DNA of 64,000 nt, taken from an uncultured Rikenella sp. GTDB lineage: Bacteria > Bacteroidota > Bacteroidia > Bacteroidales > VadinHA17. Made by a program: the position numbers and the translations under genes. Of this stretch, positions 27,131-36,761 are shown in pieces (within the stretch, counting starts at the first letter, position 1; each line of letters opens with the position of its first letter). The notes beneath the pieces are model-generated. The model had not been told where the DNA came from. It did no database searches and was given only the letters and a program-made list of their open reading frames with translations. The stretch spans positions 85,906 through 149,905 of the forward strand of contig CAYPKP010000001.1 of assembly GCA_964411345.1 (NCBI GenBank), read 5' to 3'.

Positions 27131-28906
27131 ATGAAACCACGTACATTCATAGAGAAGATCCTCGGAGCGCCGGAGGGAGCCGTTGTATTCAGGAAGCCTG
27201 ACATTGTGCTCACCCATGACAACACTTCCAGTATCTATCAGACCTTCCGCAAGATGGGGGGTGAGAAGGTAGCTGACCCCCGGCAGATGCTGGTAGTCCT
27301 GGACCACAATGCCCCTCCTGCCGATGCAAAACTGGCAACACAGTACCAGTCCATACGGGATATAGTGGCAGAGCAGGGCATAGGCAGCTTCTATGACTCG
27401 GGAATGGGTATCTGCCACCAGATGATGTCATATCACGCCAGGCCCGGAATGATAATCGTCGGGTCTGACAGCCACACATGTACTGCCGGTGCCTTCAATG
27501 CGCTGGCTGCGGGTATTGACCGTACTGAGGCTGCAGGCATCTGGAAGCGTGGTGAGACCTGGTTTCTTGTCCCACCGTCGCTGCGGATCGACCTGACAGG
27601 CAAACTTAATCCCGGCGTCAGTGCAAAGGACCTGTCGCTCTGGATAATAGGCATGCTGGGCTCTGACGGAGCCAATTATATGTCAATTGAATTTCACGGC
27701 GACGGAGTATCAACCCTGGGTATAAGCGAGAGGATGACAGTGGCCAACCTGGCCTCCGAGATGGGTGCCAAGAATGCCGTCTTCCCGGCTGACGAGGTGC
27801 TGAAGAAGTTTATCGGCTCCGACACGGAGGGTGTGTGGGCTGATGAGGAAGCTGAGTACAGCTGTCGAATCTCGATAGATCTTTCCACGGTGTTCCCGCT
27901 GGTTGCTGCCCCCCACCACGTTGACAACATAAAATCAGTTGCTTCCGTGGCCGGAACGGTGGTACATGAAGGCCTTATAGGCACCTGCACAAACGGCAGG
28001 ATAGAGGATCTGCGTATCGCTGCCGGCATACTCAGAGGCGAAAGGATAAAGCCGGGATTCCAGCTGCACATCATCCCTGCCTCAAGGGATATCTACCTGC
28101 AAGCGATCAGGGAAGGCATCATCACTGACCTTATTGAGGCCGGGGCCAACATACTCAGTCCCTCCTGCGGGCCGTGCCTCGGCACCGGCCAGGGAATACC
28201 CGCCAGCGGCCATACGGTAATCTCCACTGCAAACCGCAATTTCCTGGGAAGGATGGGCAACAAGGAGGCCTCCATCTACCTGGCATCACCCGCAACAGTT
28301 GCTGCCTCAGCACTGACGGGCGTCATCAGTGACCCGAGGGCGAGGAAGGGAGAGGAGATATTTCCTTTTAATCCTCCGCAGAGCAAGACCAACACCATAA
28401 GCGAGGGTGAAAACAGGAGGGAAGGCATCGTCTGGAACTATTCCGATGTTGACAACCTCAACACCGACCAGATGTTTGCCGGAAAGCATACCTACAGTGT
28501 CATGAGTTCTGATGCGGATGCAATTATGCCTCTGCTCTTCAGCGACTTCGATCCGTCGTTCAGCAAGAATGCCCGTGCCGGCGATATCATCATAGCCGGT
28601 GACAACTTCGGCTGTGGCAGCTCACGCGAGCACCCCTCGGTCGGACTGGCTCACCTGGGTGTCAGGGCTGTCATCATCAAGTCGGTGAACCGCATCTTCT
28701 ACCGATCCTCAATCAATCAGGGGCTGCCTCTGATAGTTCACCGTGAGGCCGTTGAGGCTTACAGACCGGGAGACACTGTTGAAATCGACTTTGACAGCGG
28801 CATAATGACGATAGGTGAACGGGAATTCAGGTTTGAACCGCTGCCTCCTGAGCTGAAGCAGATAATCGAAAAGAAGGGTCTTGTCAACTGGATCAGGAGC
28901 GTGTAG
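27131..28906 (+). CDS. aconitase-family hydro-lyase, fused large and small subunits, copy 2 (paralog)
   Basis: I chose ATG 27131 (MKPRTFIEKILG); the track TTG at 27125 is 2 codons upstream. Motifs are GSDSHTCTAG, LIGTCTNGRIEDL and SPSCGPCLGTGQG. The fused LeuD-like domain has GDNFGCGSSREHP but a divergent specificity loop (GKHTYSVMSSD). Confidence 0.88.
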   Translation: MKPRTFIEKILGAPEGAVVFRKPDIVLTHDNTSSIYQTFRKMGGEKVADPRQMLVVLDHNAPPADAKLATQYQSIRDIVAEQGIGSFYDSGMGICHQMMSYHARPGMIIVGSDSHTCTAGAFNALAAGIDRTEAAGIWKRGETWFLVPPSLRIDLTGKLNPGVSAKDLSLWIIGMLGSDGANYMSIEFHGDGVSTLGISERMTVANLASEMGAKNAVFPADEVLKKFIGSDTEGVWADEEAEYSCRISIDLSTVFPLVAAPHHVDNIKSVASVAGTVVHEGLIGTCTNGRIEDLRIAAGILRGERIKPGFQLHIIPASRDIYLQAIREGIITDLIEAGANILSPSCGPCLGTGQGIPASGHTVISTANRNFLGRMGNKEASIYLASPATVAASALTGVISDPRARKGEEIFPFNPPQSKTNTISEGENRREGIVWNYSDVDNLNTDQMFAGKHTYSVMSSDADAIMPLLFSDFDPSFSKNARAGDIIIAGDNFGCGSSREHPSVGLAHLGVRAVIIKSVNRIFYRSSINQGLPLIVHREAVEAYRPGDTVEIDFDSGIMTIGEREFRFEPLPPELKQIIEKKGLVNWIRSV

Positions 28907-28954
28907 AAGTTATTTCAGCTGTTGCCGCAGGGTTGGCAAACGGAAAAATGTGAT

Positions 28955-28962
28955 TATATTTG
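28955..28962 (+). promoter_or_regulatory. -7 promoter box TATATTTG upstream of tRNA-Arg
   Basis: Exact TAnnTTTG match, 26 nt upstream of the mature tRNA 5' end. Confidence 0.5.
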
Positions 28963-28988
28963 CGGCGGTTTTTTAAAAACCGCTCAAC

Positions 28989-29062
28989 GGTTCCGTAGCT
29001 CAGTTGGATAGAGCAACAGCCTTCTAAGCTGTGGGTCGAGCGTTCGAGTCGCTCCGGAATCA
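28989..29062 (+). tRNA. tRNA-Arg (anticodon TCT)
   Basis: The cloverleaf was folded by hand. The acceptor stem is GGTTCCG/CGGAATC and the D arm is TAGCTCAGTTGGATAGAGCA. The anticodon stem is ACAGC/GCTGT with loop CTTCTAA. The T arm is GAGCG-TTCGAGT-CGCTC and the discriminator is A. No CCA is encoded. Confidence 0.93.
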
Positions 29063-29105
29063 CAACGGTTCTGGTGTCAGCTTACCGCTGGCACCTGGCA
29101 CGTCA

Positions 29106-30551
29106 ATGAAGACCATCAATTTCAAATCGGTACTCAGGATTATCGGACTCACCCTGATGATCACTGCAGCTTTCATCCTCTTCTGCATCCCTGTGGCAAT
29201 TATATATTCCGAGCCACTGTCTCCCTTCCTGCTGGCATTTGTCACGGCAATGACACCAGGAGCGACGCTTTACTTTCTTATACCCAGCCAGGTACATGAA
29301 AAAATAACCATCAGGGAAGGCTACATGAGTGTCACCCTGGGGTGGATTGCGCTGGTGCTGGCGGGATCCCTTCCCTTATTTTACAGCAACACATTCGACG
29401 GGTTTACCAACAGCCTGTTCGAAAGCGTATCAGGATTTACAACTACAGGAGCATCAATACTTACTGATATAGAAAGCATGCCCAGGTCAATACTCTTCTG
29501 GAGGAGTATGACGCACTGGATAGGAGGAATTGGGATCATACTGCTTGTAATAATAGTCCTCCCCACACTTAAAGTGGGAGGCTACAGCCTCTTTTCACTG
29601 GAGTCATCGCTGAAGCATAAAATCCTGCCGCGCACTAAATCAGTGGCAGGAGTGATGCTGATGATCTACGTGACACTTACGGTTGCAGAGATAATCCTGC
29701 TCACTGCCGGTGGCATGGAGCTCTTTGACAGTATCTGCCACTCCTTCGGTACTGTGGCGACAGGGGGCTTTTCAACAAAGAACGACAGCATTGCAGGATA
29801 CTCGGGCTACATTCAGTATGTAATCACGATCTTCATGTTTCTTGCTGCTACCAGCTATGTGGTGTTCTACTATATTGTCAGGAGAAACTTCAGCAAGGTG
29901 ACCGGCAATGAGGAGTTCTGGTTTTACCTGTTCTTCACGACGGCTTCCGTGGTGTTGGTGACCATGATACTCCTGACGGGTACCGAAAGATCATTTGAAC
30001 TGGCATTCCGTCATTCGCTTTTCGAGGTCGTCTCAACAGTTACGACGACGGGCTATGCCACCAGCGACTACACTTTGTGGCCGCAGGCAGCGTACATGGT
30101 TATCTTCCTGCTCATTTTTGCAGGCGGCTCCACGGGGTCGACAACCGGAGGAATAAAGATGGCCAGGCATCTGATAACCATGAAAAACCTGCGAAACACC
30201 GTCATCAGGCTGCAGCATCCCAATGCCGTCACACCCGTAAAGCTCAATCACAAGGTGGTGCCTGACAGCATCAACAGCCTGATGTCTGTATTTATTCAGC
30301 TCTATATCATTCTGTTCATCGCTGGCACCCTGATCATGGTCATCACAGGCATTCCTGCCGAAGAGGCTGCAGGTGCTTCCGCGGCTTCAATCTCATGTGT
30401 GGGCCCCGGCCTCGGTGCGTCAGGCAACATGGGCAACTTCGCCCATTTCAACAGCGTCTCCAAGTATACCATGATGCTGCTCATGATAATCGGACGTCTT
30501 GAGATCTTCACCTTCATAGCACTGTTCACCGGTTCTTTCTGGAAGAAATAG
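29106..30551 (+). CDS. trkH: TrkH/KtrB family potassium transporter membrane subunit
   Basis: ATG 29106 (MKTINFKSVLRIIG); the track start at 29031 overlaps the tRNA. It has multiple MPM repeats with selectivity-filter-like segments (SGFTTTGAS, VATGGFST, TTTGYAT, STGSTTGGIK). Confidence 0.9.
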   Translation: MKTINFKSVLRIIGLTLMITAAFILFCIPVAIIYSEPLSPFLLAFVTAMTPGATLYFLIPSQVHEKITIREGYMSVTLGWIALVLAGSLPLFYSNTFDGFTNSLFESVSGFTTTGASILTDIESMPRSILFWRSMTHWIGGIGIILLVIIVLPTLKVGGYSLFSLESSLKHKILPRTKSVAGVMLMIYVTLTVAEIILLTAGGMELFDSICHSFGTVATGGFSTKNDSIAGYSGYIQYVITIFMFLAATSYVVFYYIVRRNFSKVTGNEEFWFYLFFTTASVVLVTMILLTGTERSFELAFRHSLFEVVSTVTTTGYATSDYTLWPQAAYMVIFLLIFAGGSTGSTTGGIKMARHLITMKNLRNTVIRLQHPNAVTPVKLNHKVVPDSINSLMSVFIQLYIILFIAGTLIMVITGIPAEEAAGASAASISCVGPGLGASGNMGNFAHFNSVSKYTMMLLMIIGRLEIFTFIALFTGSFWKK

Positions 30552-30624
30552 GGCAGATGAAGCCTGAAGGCCCAATAAATATCATAAAAATCATGAAAAA
30601 GGATAATAAATAGAAAAACTACCT

Positions 30625-30632
30625 TACCTTTG
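30625..30632 (+). promoter_or_regulatory. -7 promoter box TACCTTTG upstream of csp
   Basis: Exact TAnnTTTG match, 23 nt before ATG 30656. Confidence 0.55.
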
Positions 30633-30655
30633 CAGCCAAATAAAAATCATCAGTA

Positions 30656-30847
30656 ATGAATAAAGGAATTGTTAAATTTTTCAACGTATCCAAAGGTTTT
30701 GGATTCATCAAGGACGCTGACTCTGACAAGGAGTATTTTGTGCATTCCACAGGCCTGATAGACAGGATAAAGGAGGATGACGAGGTTACTTTCGACCTTC
30801 AGGAAGGCAAAAAAGGTTTAAATGCCGTTAATGTAAAGCTAGCATAG
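30656..30847 (+). CDS. cold-shock domain protein (CspA family)
   Basis: 63 aa. The RNP-1-like motif is KGFGFI and the RNP-2-like motif is FVHST, within an OB-fold cold-shock domain. Confidence 0.95.
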   Translation: MNKGIVKFFNVSKGFGFIKDADSDKEYFVHSTGLIDRIKEDDEVTFDLQEGKKGLNAVNVKLA

Positions 30848-30878
30848 TTAACAACAGAGTGCATTACCAATGACCTTA

Positions 30879-30910
30879 GTCCCGGCATAAGATGCCGGGA
30901 CTTTTTTTTT
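30879..30910 (+). terminator. rho-independent terminator of csp
   Basis: A perfect 10-bp GC-rich stem, GTCCCGGCAT-aag-ATGCCGGGAC, is followed by T9. Confidence 0.9.
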
Positions 30911-30931
30911 GCCGCAGAGAGGGATGAAGTG

Positions 30932-31708
30932 TCAGACGGTGTCAAATTCGATCACGTAGCCATATCCCCGCCAGATCGTCTCCATGGCGATGTTTTTCAT
31001 GCTTTCGGGTATCAGATCGATTGGGGGGATTATCCTGTCAGCGGGACCGGTGAACAGATTGAATAGCCTTCCTGCCTTCTCCGTCTCGTCGGCGATAACA
31101 ATATGTGTTCCCGGCTTTGAAACTCTTATCATCTCTTCGATGGCACTCTTTTTATCGCTGAACAGATTGATGGCTCCAAGATGGAATACCACGTCAAAGG
31201 TGTTATCCCTGAAAGGCACCTGCACTGCGTCAGCCCTTACGATTCCTGCCCTGATACCCCAGCGGTCCAGGTTTCTGGCACAGTTTGCCATCATCTCCCG
31301 CTGAATGTCCAGTCCGAACAGGTTCGGACTTTCCATGTGCCGTTTGAGCCAGAGAAAATTCTCCCCGTAACCCATACCTGTCTCCAGAACATATGCGCCG
31401 GATTTTAGTTTTAGCCGGCGCATAACCTCATTCCTGGCGCTTGCTGCACCGCCGCAGAAAAGAAACATGAAATTGGTCACAGGAGTGTATGTACGGGCAT
31501 AAACTGTCCTGATGAATTTGTCACGGCGGCTTCTGTAAAGGAGCCCTGATCCGTCGAGAAAATTGGGGTAACCGTCGTTGCAGTCATAGTGCCTGCCGCA
31601 TCTGTAACAGGTAAGCCCGGCACTGCTTCCGGTCTCCTCATTCCGGCCGGAAGCAAGATCTCCCCTGCAGTGAGGACAACAGAGTAATCCGGCAATGATT
31701 TCTTCCAT
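30932..31708 (-). CDS. class I SAM-dependent methyltransferase with N-terminal Trm112-like zinc ribbon
   Basis: Two CxxC pairs (CPHCRGDL...CYRCGRHY) precede SAM motif I (VLETGMGYGENF) and an acidic motif II. Confidence 0.8.
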   Translation of the reverse strand: MEEIIAGLLCCPHCRGDLASGRNEETGSSAGLTCYRCGRHYDCNDGYPNFLDGSGLLYRSRRDKFIRTVYARTYTPVTNFMFLFCGGAASARNEVMRRLKLKSGAYVLETGMGYGENFLWLKRHMESPNLFGLDIQREMMANCARNLDRWGIRAGIVRADAVQVPFRDNTFDVVFHLGAINLFSDKKSAIEEMIRVSKPGTHIVIADETEKAGRLFNLFTGPADRIIPPIDLIPESMKNIAMETIWRGYGYVIEFDTV

Positions 31709-31730
31709 CAGGACCTCCTGCTTGTAATCA

Positions 31731-31738
31731 CAAAATTA
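31731..31738 (-). promoter_or_regulatory. -7 promoter box (TAATTTTG on the minus strand) for the methyltransferase gene
   Basis: Plus-strand CAAAATTA is the minus-strand TAnnTTTG. It lies 22 nt upstream of the start codon at 31708. Confidence 0.5.
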
Positions 31739-31873
31739 AATAATTATTCCTAAAAATTCCTTATAAATTAAAAATATAATTTATATTTGTTATTATATTT
31801 AATAATATATAGCTGACCGAATGAAATAACAGATTGGCTTATCGTCATTGGCTCGTTGTTAAGAATTGCGAAA

Positions 31874-32830
31874 ATGAGCATTCTGATAACCGGATCGTCG
31901 GGCTATTTTGGCAGGCTCGTTGCAGGAGACCTGATCAGCGCAGGCAGGAGAGTGGCCGGGATTGACATTAAGGAGAATCCATGGATAACGGCAGGAGAAC
32001 AGTTTCGTTTCTTCAACTGCTGCATTACTGACAGGAGATCTCTCTCAAGAATCTTCCGGGAGGTACAGCCAACAACCGTCATTCATTTTGCCTGCAGCTT
32101 CAACAAGGTCAGGGACAGGAAAAAAGAGTACGAGATTGACGTTGCCGGATCGCACAACGTAATGGAACTGTGCAATGAGACCCTCTCGGTCAGGAAGCTC
32201 ATCTATTCCAGTTCTGCCGCCATCTATGGTGCCTGCCGGAGTAACGGCTCATGGCTAAGTGAAACAGCTGTGGTCAATCCCGGTAAATACAGGTACGGCA
32301 TCAACAAGAAGCTGATTGAGCATGACCTTTTTACATTCGTGAAAAGGAAAGATCTGCAGGTGATTTCACTGAGGATATGTACTGTAGTGGGACCTGAATA
32401 CTGCAAGCCCAGGTCAGTTGTCTCCATTCTGCTTTGCCTGCCATTTCTTCCAGGCTCCTTTCATGACAAAAAGGTGCAGTTCCTTCACGAATCTGATTTT
32501 GTGAACCTTATCCGAAGAGTGGCTGATGACCCCGAAATTGAAGGGGTGTACAATCTGGCAGCAGACAGCTGCTCGGTTGTCGGAGAGTTGTTGCCGGGGA
32601 AGAGATATGTTGATTTTCCCGTTCATGCACTCAGGCCGATGCTCTGGATACTGTGGAACCTTCGTATTCTCAATCTGCAACCGTGTTCCCTTTCATACAG
32701 CCTTTACCCGGTACTGATTGATCCTTCAAAAATCAGAAGCAGGTATGGTTACAGCTACAATTACACCTCGTCGGAAGCACTGTCAGACACCATGAGGAAC
32801 AACAAACTGCCGGCAGGAACCCTGTTCTGA
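31874..32830 (+). CDS. NAD-dependent epimerase/dehydratase (extended SDR) family protein
   Basis: ATG 31874 gives the canonical Rossmann N-terminus MSILITGSSGYFG. The YxxxK catalytic motif is YGINK. Confidence 0.82.
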   Translation: MSILITGSSGYFGRLVAGDLISAGRRVAGIDIKENPWITAGEQFRFFNCCITDRRSLSRIFREVQPTTVIHFACSFNKVRDRKKEYEIDVAGSHNVMELCNETLSVRKLIYSSSAAIYGACRSNGSWLSETAVVNPGKYRYGINKKLIEHDLFTFVKRKDLQVISLRICTVVGPEYCKPRSVVSILLCLPFLPGSFHDKKVQFLHESDFVNLIRRVADDPEIEGVYNLAADSCSVVGELLPGKRYVDFPVHALRPMLWILWNLRILNLQPCSLSYSLYPVLIDPSKIRSRYGYSYNYTSSEALSDTMRNNKLPAGTLF

Positions 32831-32837
32831 TAACCTG

Positions 32838-33473
32838 TCAGGGTTTGCCCGCAATGTTGAACCTCGTACGGGCAACTCCGCTTATCATCCTGACAGTTTC
32901 GTCCATGCCGAGAAGAGACGAGTTGACGCAGAGATGATATGATGTGGCGTCGCCCCATTTCTTGCCGGTGAAATAGTTGTAATACGATGACCTTCCCTTG
33001 TCCGTCTTCTCAATCAGGTCTCTGGCCCTGGCCTCGGTGAGGTCATGTGTTCTGGCAATTCTTGCGATGCGGTCATCAATGTCAGCGCTGATAAAGATAT
33101 TCAGGCATTCAGTTCTCTCCTTCATGACATAGTCGGCGCATCTCCCCACAAAGAGGCAGGACCCTTCATCTGCCAGCCTGCGCATAACATCGCTCTGTAT
33201 CTTGAAAAGGGTCTCATTGCTCAGGTAATAACTAGAAAAGAAATCTTCGGTGATCGAATTCCGAATACCAAACAGGCCCGGAAACAGGCTGAAGTGTTTC
33301 TGCTCATCCACTCTTTCGAAGAACTCCTCGCGGAGGCCGCTATCCTTTGCAGCAAGCCTGATCAGTTCCTTGTCGTAGAAAGCGATGCCCAGGACGGCAG
33401 CCAGCTTCTGACCTGTCTCCCTTCCGCCGCTGCCAAGCTGCCGCCCGATGGTGATTATATATTTGCCTGTCAT
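32838..33473 (-). CDS. cytidylate kinase-like family protein
   Basis: ATG 33473 gives MTGKYIITIGRQLGSGGRE, a P-loop variant typical of this family. The track start at 33542 adds 23 unsupported residues. Confidence 0.75.
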   Translation of the reverse strand: MTGKYIITIGRQLGSGGRETGQKLAAVLGIAFYDKELIRLAAKDSGLREEFFERVDEQKHFSLFPGLFGIRNSITEDFFSSYYLSNETLFKIQSDVMRRLADEGSCLFVGRCADYVMKERTECLNIFISADIDDRIARIARTHDLTEARARDLIEKTDKGRSSYYNYFTGKKWGDATSYHLCVNSSLLGMDETVRMISGVARTRFNIAGKP

Positions 33474-33624
33474 CTGTATTACTTTTTCCCTGTGTAAAAT
33501 TAATTTTTTATTCTTACATGCGGTATAAACACTCTGCTGCACGCCTGTTTGGAAGAGGCCTTAAAAAGAGTTATTTTGTGGTAATCAATCATGAGTATTT
33601 TCAGATGATTAAAAACCCTTAACC

Positions 33625-35124
33625 ATGTATAAGTACATTCTTGCGCTTGACCAGGGAACAACCAGTTCCCGGGCGATAATCTTCGATCATATGGGGCAGC
33701 CGCTAGCATCGGCCAGGAAGGAGTTCACGCAGATCTTTCCGCAGCCCGGGTGGGTTGAGCATGACCCGGAAGAGATATGGTCATCACAGGCAGGCGTTGC
33801 TGCAGAGGCTATGGCCAGGGCCGGCATCGACAGCTCACGCATTGCGGCTATTGGCATCACCAATCAGCGTGAGACGGCAGTCGTCTGGGAGAGAAAGAGC
33901 GGAAGGCCGATCTGCAACGCCATCGTCTGGCAGGACCGTCGTACATCCGGATTTTGTGACCGGCTCAGGAGAGAAGGCCTTGAGGAAGTAATAGCCGGGA
34001 AGAGCGGGCTCATAATTGACGCCTACTTCTCTGCCACCAAGGTAAGATGGATACTGGACAACATACCGGGAGCCAGGGCCATGGCCGACAGGGGAGAGCT
34101 GGCTTTTGGCACCGTTGACTCCTGGCTAATCTGGAACCTCACTGCAGGAAGGATGCATCTCACGGATGTCACCAATGCCTCGCGCACCATGCTCTTCAAC
34201 ATCCATACACTGGAATGGGACGACGAGCTGCTTCGCATCTTCAATATTCCTGCATCAATGCTTCCCGAGGTACGCTCTTCCAGTGAACTCCTCGGCCATA
34301 CCCAGGGGCTGTTCTCCTCAGCAGTACCCGTCGCCGGAACGGCAGGCGACCAGCAGGCGGCTCTCTTCGGACAGATGTGCATCGAACAGGGTATGGTCAA
34401 GAATACCTACGGCACCGGCTGCTTTATGATGATGAATACCGGACCTGAACCGGTAATGTCCGGCAACAGGCTTCTCGCCACGGTGGCGTGGAAGATCGGG
34501 AACAGGACTGATTATGCCCTGGAAGGCAGCATCTTTATTGCCGGTGCAGTCGTCCAGTGGCTTCGCGACGGACTTGGAATCATAAGATCATCCGGCGAGG
34601 TGGAGGAGCTGGCCTCCTCTGTTCTTGAGAGCCAGGGTGTATATTTCGTTCCCGCCTTTGCCGGCCTTGGTGCACCCCACTGGAACCAGGATGCCAGGGG
34701 AATGATCACCGGCCTTACCCGTGGCATCTCCGCTGCACATATTGCCCGTGCAGCACTCGAGAGCATTGCCTATCAGACACATGATGTGTTGCTTGCGATG
34801 CAGCATGATTCCAGGCAGAAGATAAGGGAGTTAAGAGTTGACGGCGGCGCCACCGTGAACAACCTGCTGATGCAGTTCCAGGCTGACATCCTGCAGGCGG
34901 ACGTAGTACGCCCGAAAATCACCGAGATCACTGCCCTGGGTGCTGCATACCTTGCGGGACTGGCAACAGGCTACTGGAACAGCATTGATGAAATGAAAAG
35001 TCAGTGGCAGGTTGACAGAACCTTCTCACCGTTGATGCAGCCGCGTGAGGCAGGCATTCTTGTTGGCGGCTGGCACCGTGCGGTAAGGGCATCGGCGGCA
35101 TGGGCTGATGATGCCCACACCTGA
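33625..35124 (+). CDS. glpK: glycerol kinase
   Basis: 499 aa. The FGGY-family N-terminus is [29 protein letters not shown] and [11 protein letters not shown] motifs are present, and the length fits full-length GlpK. Confidence 0.96.
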   Translation: MYKYILALDQGTTSSRAIIFDHMGQPLASARKEFTQIFPQPGWVEHDPEEIWSSQAGVAAEAMARAGIDSSRIAAIGITNQRETAVVWERKSGRPICNAIVWQDRRTSGFCDRLRREGLEEVIAGKSGLIIDAYFSATKVRWILDNIPGARAMADRGELAFGTVDSWLIWNLTAGRMHLTDVTNASRTMLFNIHTLEWDDELLRIFNIPASMLPEVRSSSELLGHTQGLFSSAVPVAGTAGDQQAALFGQMCIEQGMVKNTYGTGCFMMMNTGPEPVMSGNRLLATVAWKIGNRTDYALEGSIFIAGAVVQWLRDGLGIIRSSGEVEELASSVLESQGVYFVPAFAGLGAPHWNQDARGMITGLTRGISAAHIARAALESIAYQTHDVLLAMQHDSRQKIRELRVDGGATVNNLLMQFQADILQADVVRPKITEITALGAAYLAGLATGYWNSIDEMKSQWQVDRTFSPLMQPREAGILVGGWHRAVRASAAWADDAHT

Positions 35125-35271
35125 CGATTGGTTCAACAGTTCCCGAAAGGAGCCGTCTCTTCAACTGTTTTCCGCTGATAAAGGATAATATATTGACACT
35201 GGACGGTTTATATGCCACGAATCATGCAGCGAATCTGGCATATCCACTGTCTTTTTGCAAAAGACCGGGAA

Positions 35272-36651
35272 ATGAAAACGCACTGTATTCTGTTCATCCT
35301 TCTGGCATTCGGGATAAAGTCAGCACATTCCCAGAACCCCGCTTCTGAAGGTGTCGATCGACTGCAATTCTGCAAGGGCACCGAAATCAGCTTTGATGTC
35401 TCGGCAGTGGAGACTCTGTATCATCAGCCTCATGAGGTGTTGCGCAATGTTGATTCATTCTGGAACAGCAACCAGGGCTACCGGCTGACCGTCCAGTACC
35501 ATAATAACAACCGCGTTCCACTGGATTTGGAAGAATGGAAAGCAAGAACCCGGGAGATAGCTGCCCTTACGGAGTCGGAGGCAAACGAACAGCCGGCTAT
35601 GCTGACAGTAAGGGGCATCGAAGAGCTGATACCGGTCCTGATGGAAAGAGGAATTAACCATATCAGCTCTTTTCTTCCGGCAGATGCTCCCCCCGTCAAA
35701 GTACCAGTCTACCTTATCTCTGATATAAAACCTGCAGCCTTTGCCTATCCGGGAGGGATTCTGATGAACGTCAACTCACCTCGCTTTAACGGTGATCCCT
35801 CAGTCATAATGAATATAATCACCCATGAGGTCTATCACTGCGGTTTTGCGAATACTATTGCATGCCGGACCGAATATGAGCTTGAAAGCGAACCCCTGGA
35901 TTTTGTTCTGAGCTTTCTCCTCAATGAAGGCATGGCAACATATGTCTCATTTTCGGCACGTGATTTTTTTCCGAACGATTTCGTGCCTGACTACAGGATG
36001 ATGGAAGACCCTGAACAGGTCAGGAAGAACATTGAGAAAGTGGATAACCTCTTCGAACAGGCAGAATATCTCTCCTCTGACAGCATCAGGAAGGCGGCAT
36101 GGCAGACCGGGATCATAGAGAGATCGTTTTACATTGCCGGAGGTTATATGGCGTGGTTCATTGAGCAGAAGAGGGGCCGGGAAGCCCTGGTGGAAGCAAT
36201 GTGTGCCGGTCCGCTCAGCTTTATACGTTTGTACAACTCGCTGGCAGATGAAGGGATGAAGATGAAGGAGCCTCCGCTGCCGGAGAAGATCTCGCCTCAT
36301 CAGGATCTCAGGCTGGCCCTGGCCGGAAACGATACCACTGAATTCATGAGGATTGCCAATGAGATGATGCGGCCGGGAGAACAGGCCGGTGAACATTGTG
36401 AGCAAGCCATAAACAGGTACGGGTATACCTTCATGCGTACTCATGATGGCATTGAGAATGCCCTCAGGCTTTTCAAGCTGAATGTCAATCTGTTTCCAGC
36501 TTCATACAGGGCATATGACAGCCTTGGCGAAGGCTTCATGGTGGCTGGCAACAATGAGCTGGCAATAGCAAACTATGAAAAGTCGCTGGCACTCAACCCG
36601 GCAAACAAAAACGCGCAGAGGATTCTGGAAAAACTCAGGCAGCAGAAATGA
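35272..36651 (+). CDS. putative secreted zinc metallopeptidase-like protein (HExxH) with C-terminal TPR
   Basis: ATG 35272 gives a signal peptide (MKTHCILFILLAFGIKSAHSQ). An ITHEVYHCGF HExxH motif is present. The C-terminal repeats are TPR-like (AYDSLGEGFMVAGNNELAIANYEKSLALNPAN). Confidence 0.6.
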   Translation: MKTHCILFILLAFGIKSAHSQNPASEGVDRLQFCKGTEISFDVSAVETLYHQPHEVLRNVDSFWNSNQGYRLTVQYHNNNRVPLDLEEWKARTREIAALTESEANEQPAMLTVRGIEELIPVLMERGINHISSFLPADAPPVKVPVYLISDIKPAAFAYPGGILMNVNSPRFNGDPSVIMNIITHEVYHCGFANTIACRTEYELESEPLDFVLSFLLNEGMATYVSFSARDFFPNDFVPDYRMMEDPEQVRKNIEKVDNLFEQAEYLSSDSIRKAAWQTGIIERSFYIAGGYMAWFIEQKRGREALVEAMCAGPLSFIRLYNSLADEGMKMKEPPLPEKISPHQDLRLALAGNDTTEFMRIANEMMRPGEQAGEHCEQAINRYGYTFMRTHDGIENALRLFKLNVNLFPASYRAYDSLGEGFMVAGNNELAIANYEKSLALNPANKNAQRILEKLRQQK

Positions 36652-36761
36652 TTCAAGATGCAGAAAGGTTGTTGACAGGTTGAGATGCCTTCCTGATTAC
36701 TATTATTTTACCATTTTTTTATCACGGAATTTTAAGTAGGTTTACGCCTCAAATCAGAGGC

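Noticed and set aside
28964-28984. Hairpin GCGGTTT-tttaa-AAACCGC between the aconitase operon and the tRNA, considered as a terminator
   Set aside because: The stem is only 7 bp and AT-rich. No downstream T run follows, and it lies between the tRNA promoter box and the tRNA. It could equally be part of the pre-tRNA leader, so I do not call it.
29031-29105. N-terminal extension of the trkH ORF
   Set aside because: It starts with a GTG inside the tRNA-Arg gene. The genuine TrkH N-terminus (MKTINFKSVLRIIG) starts at 29106.
35125-35175. Possible terminator after glpK (AACAGTT ... AACTGTT stem)
   Set aside because: The stem is 7 bp with a 21-nt loop and only a short TTTT tail, which is too weak to annotate.
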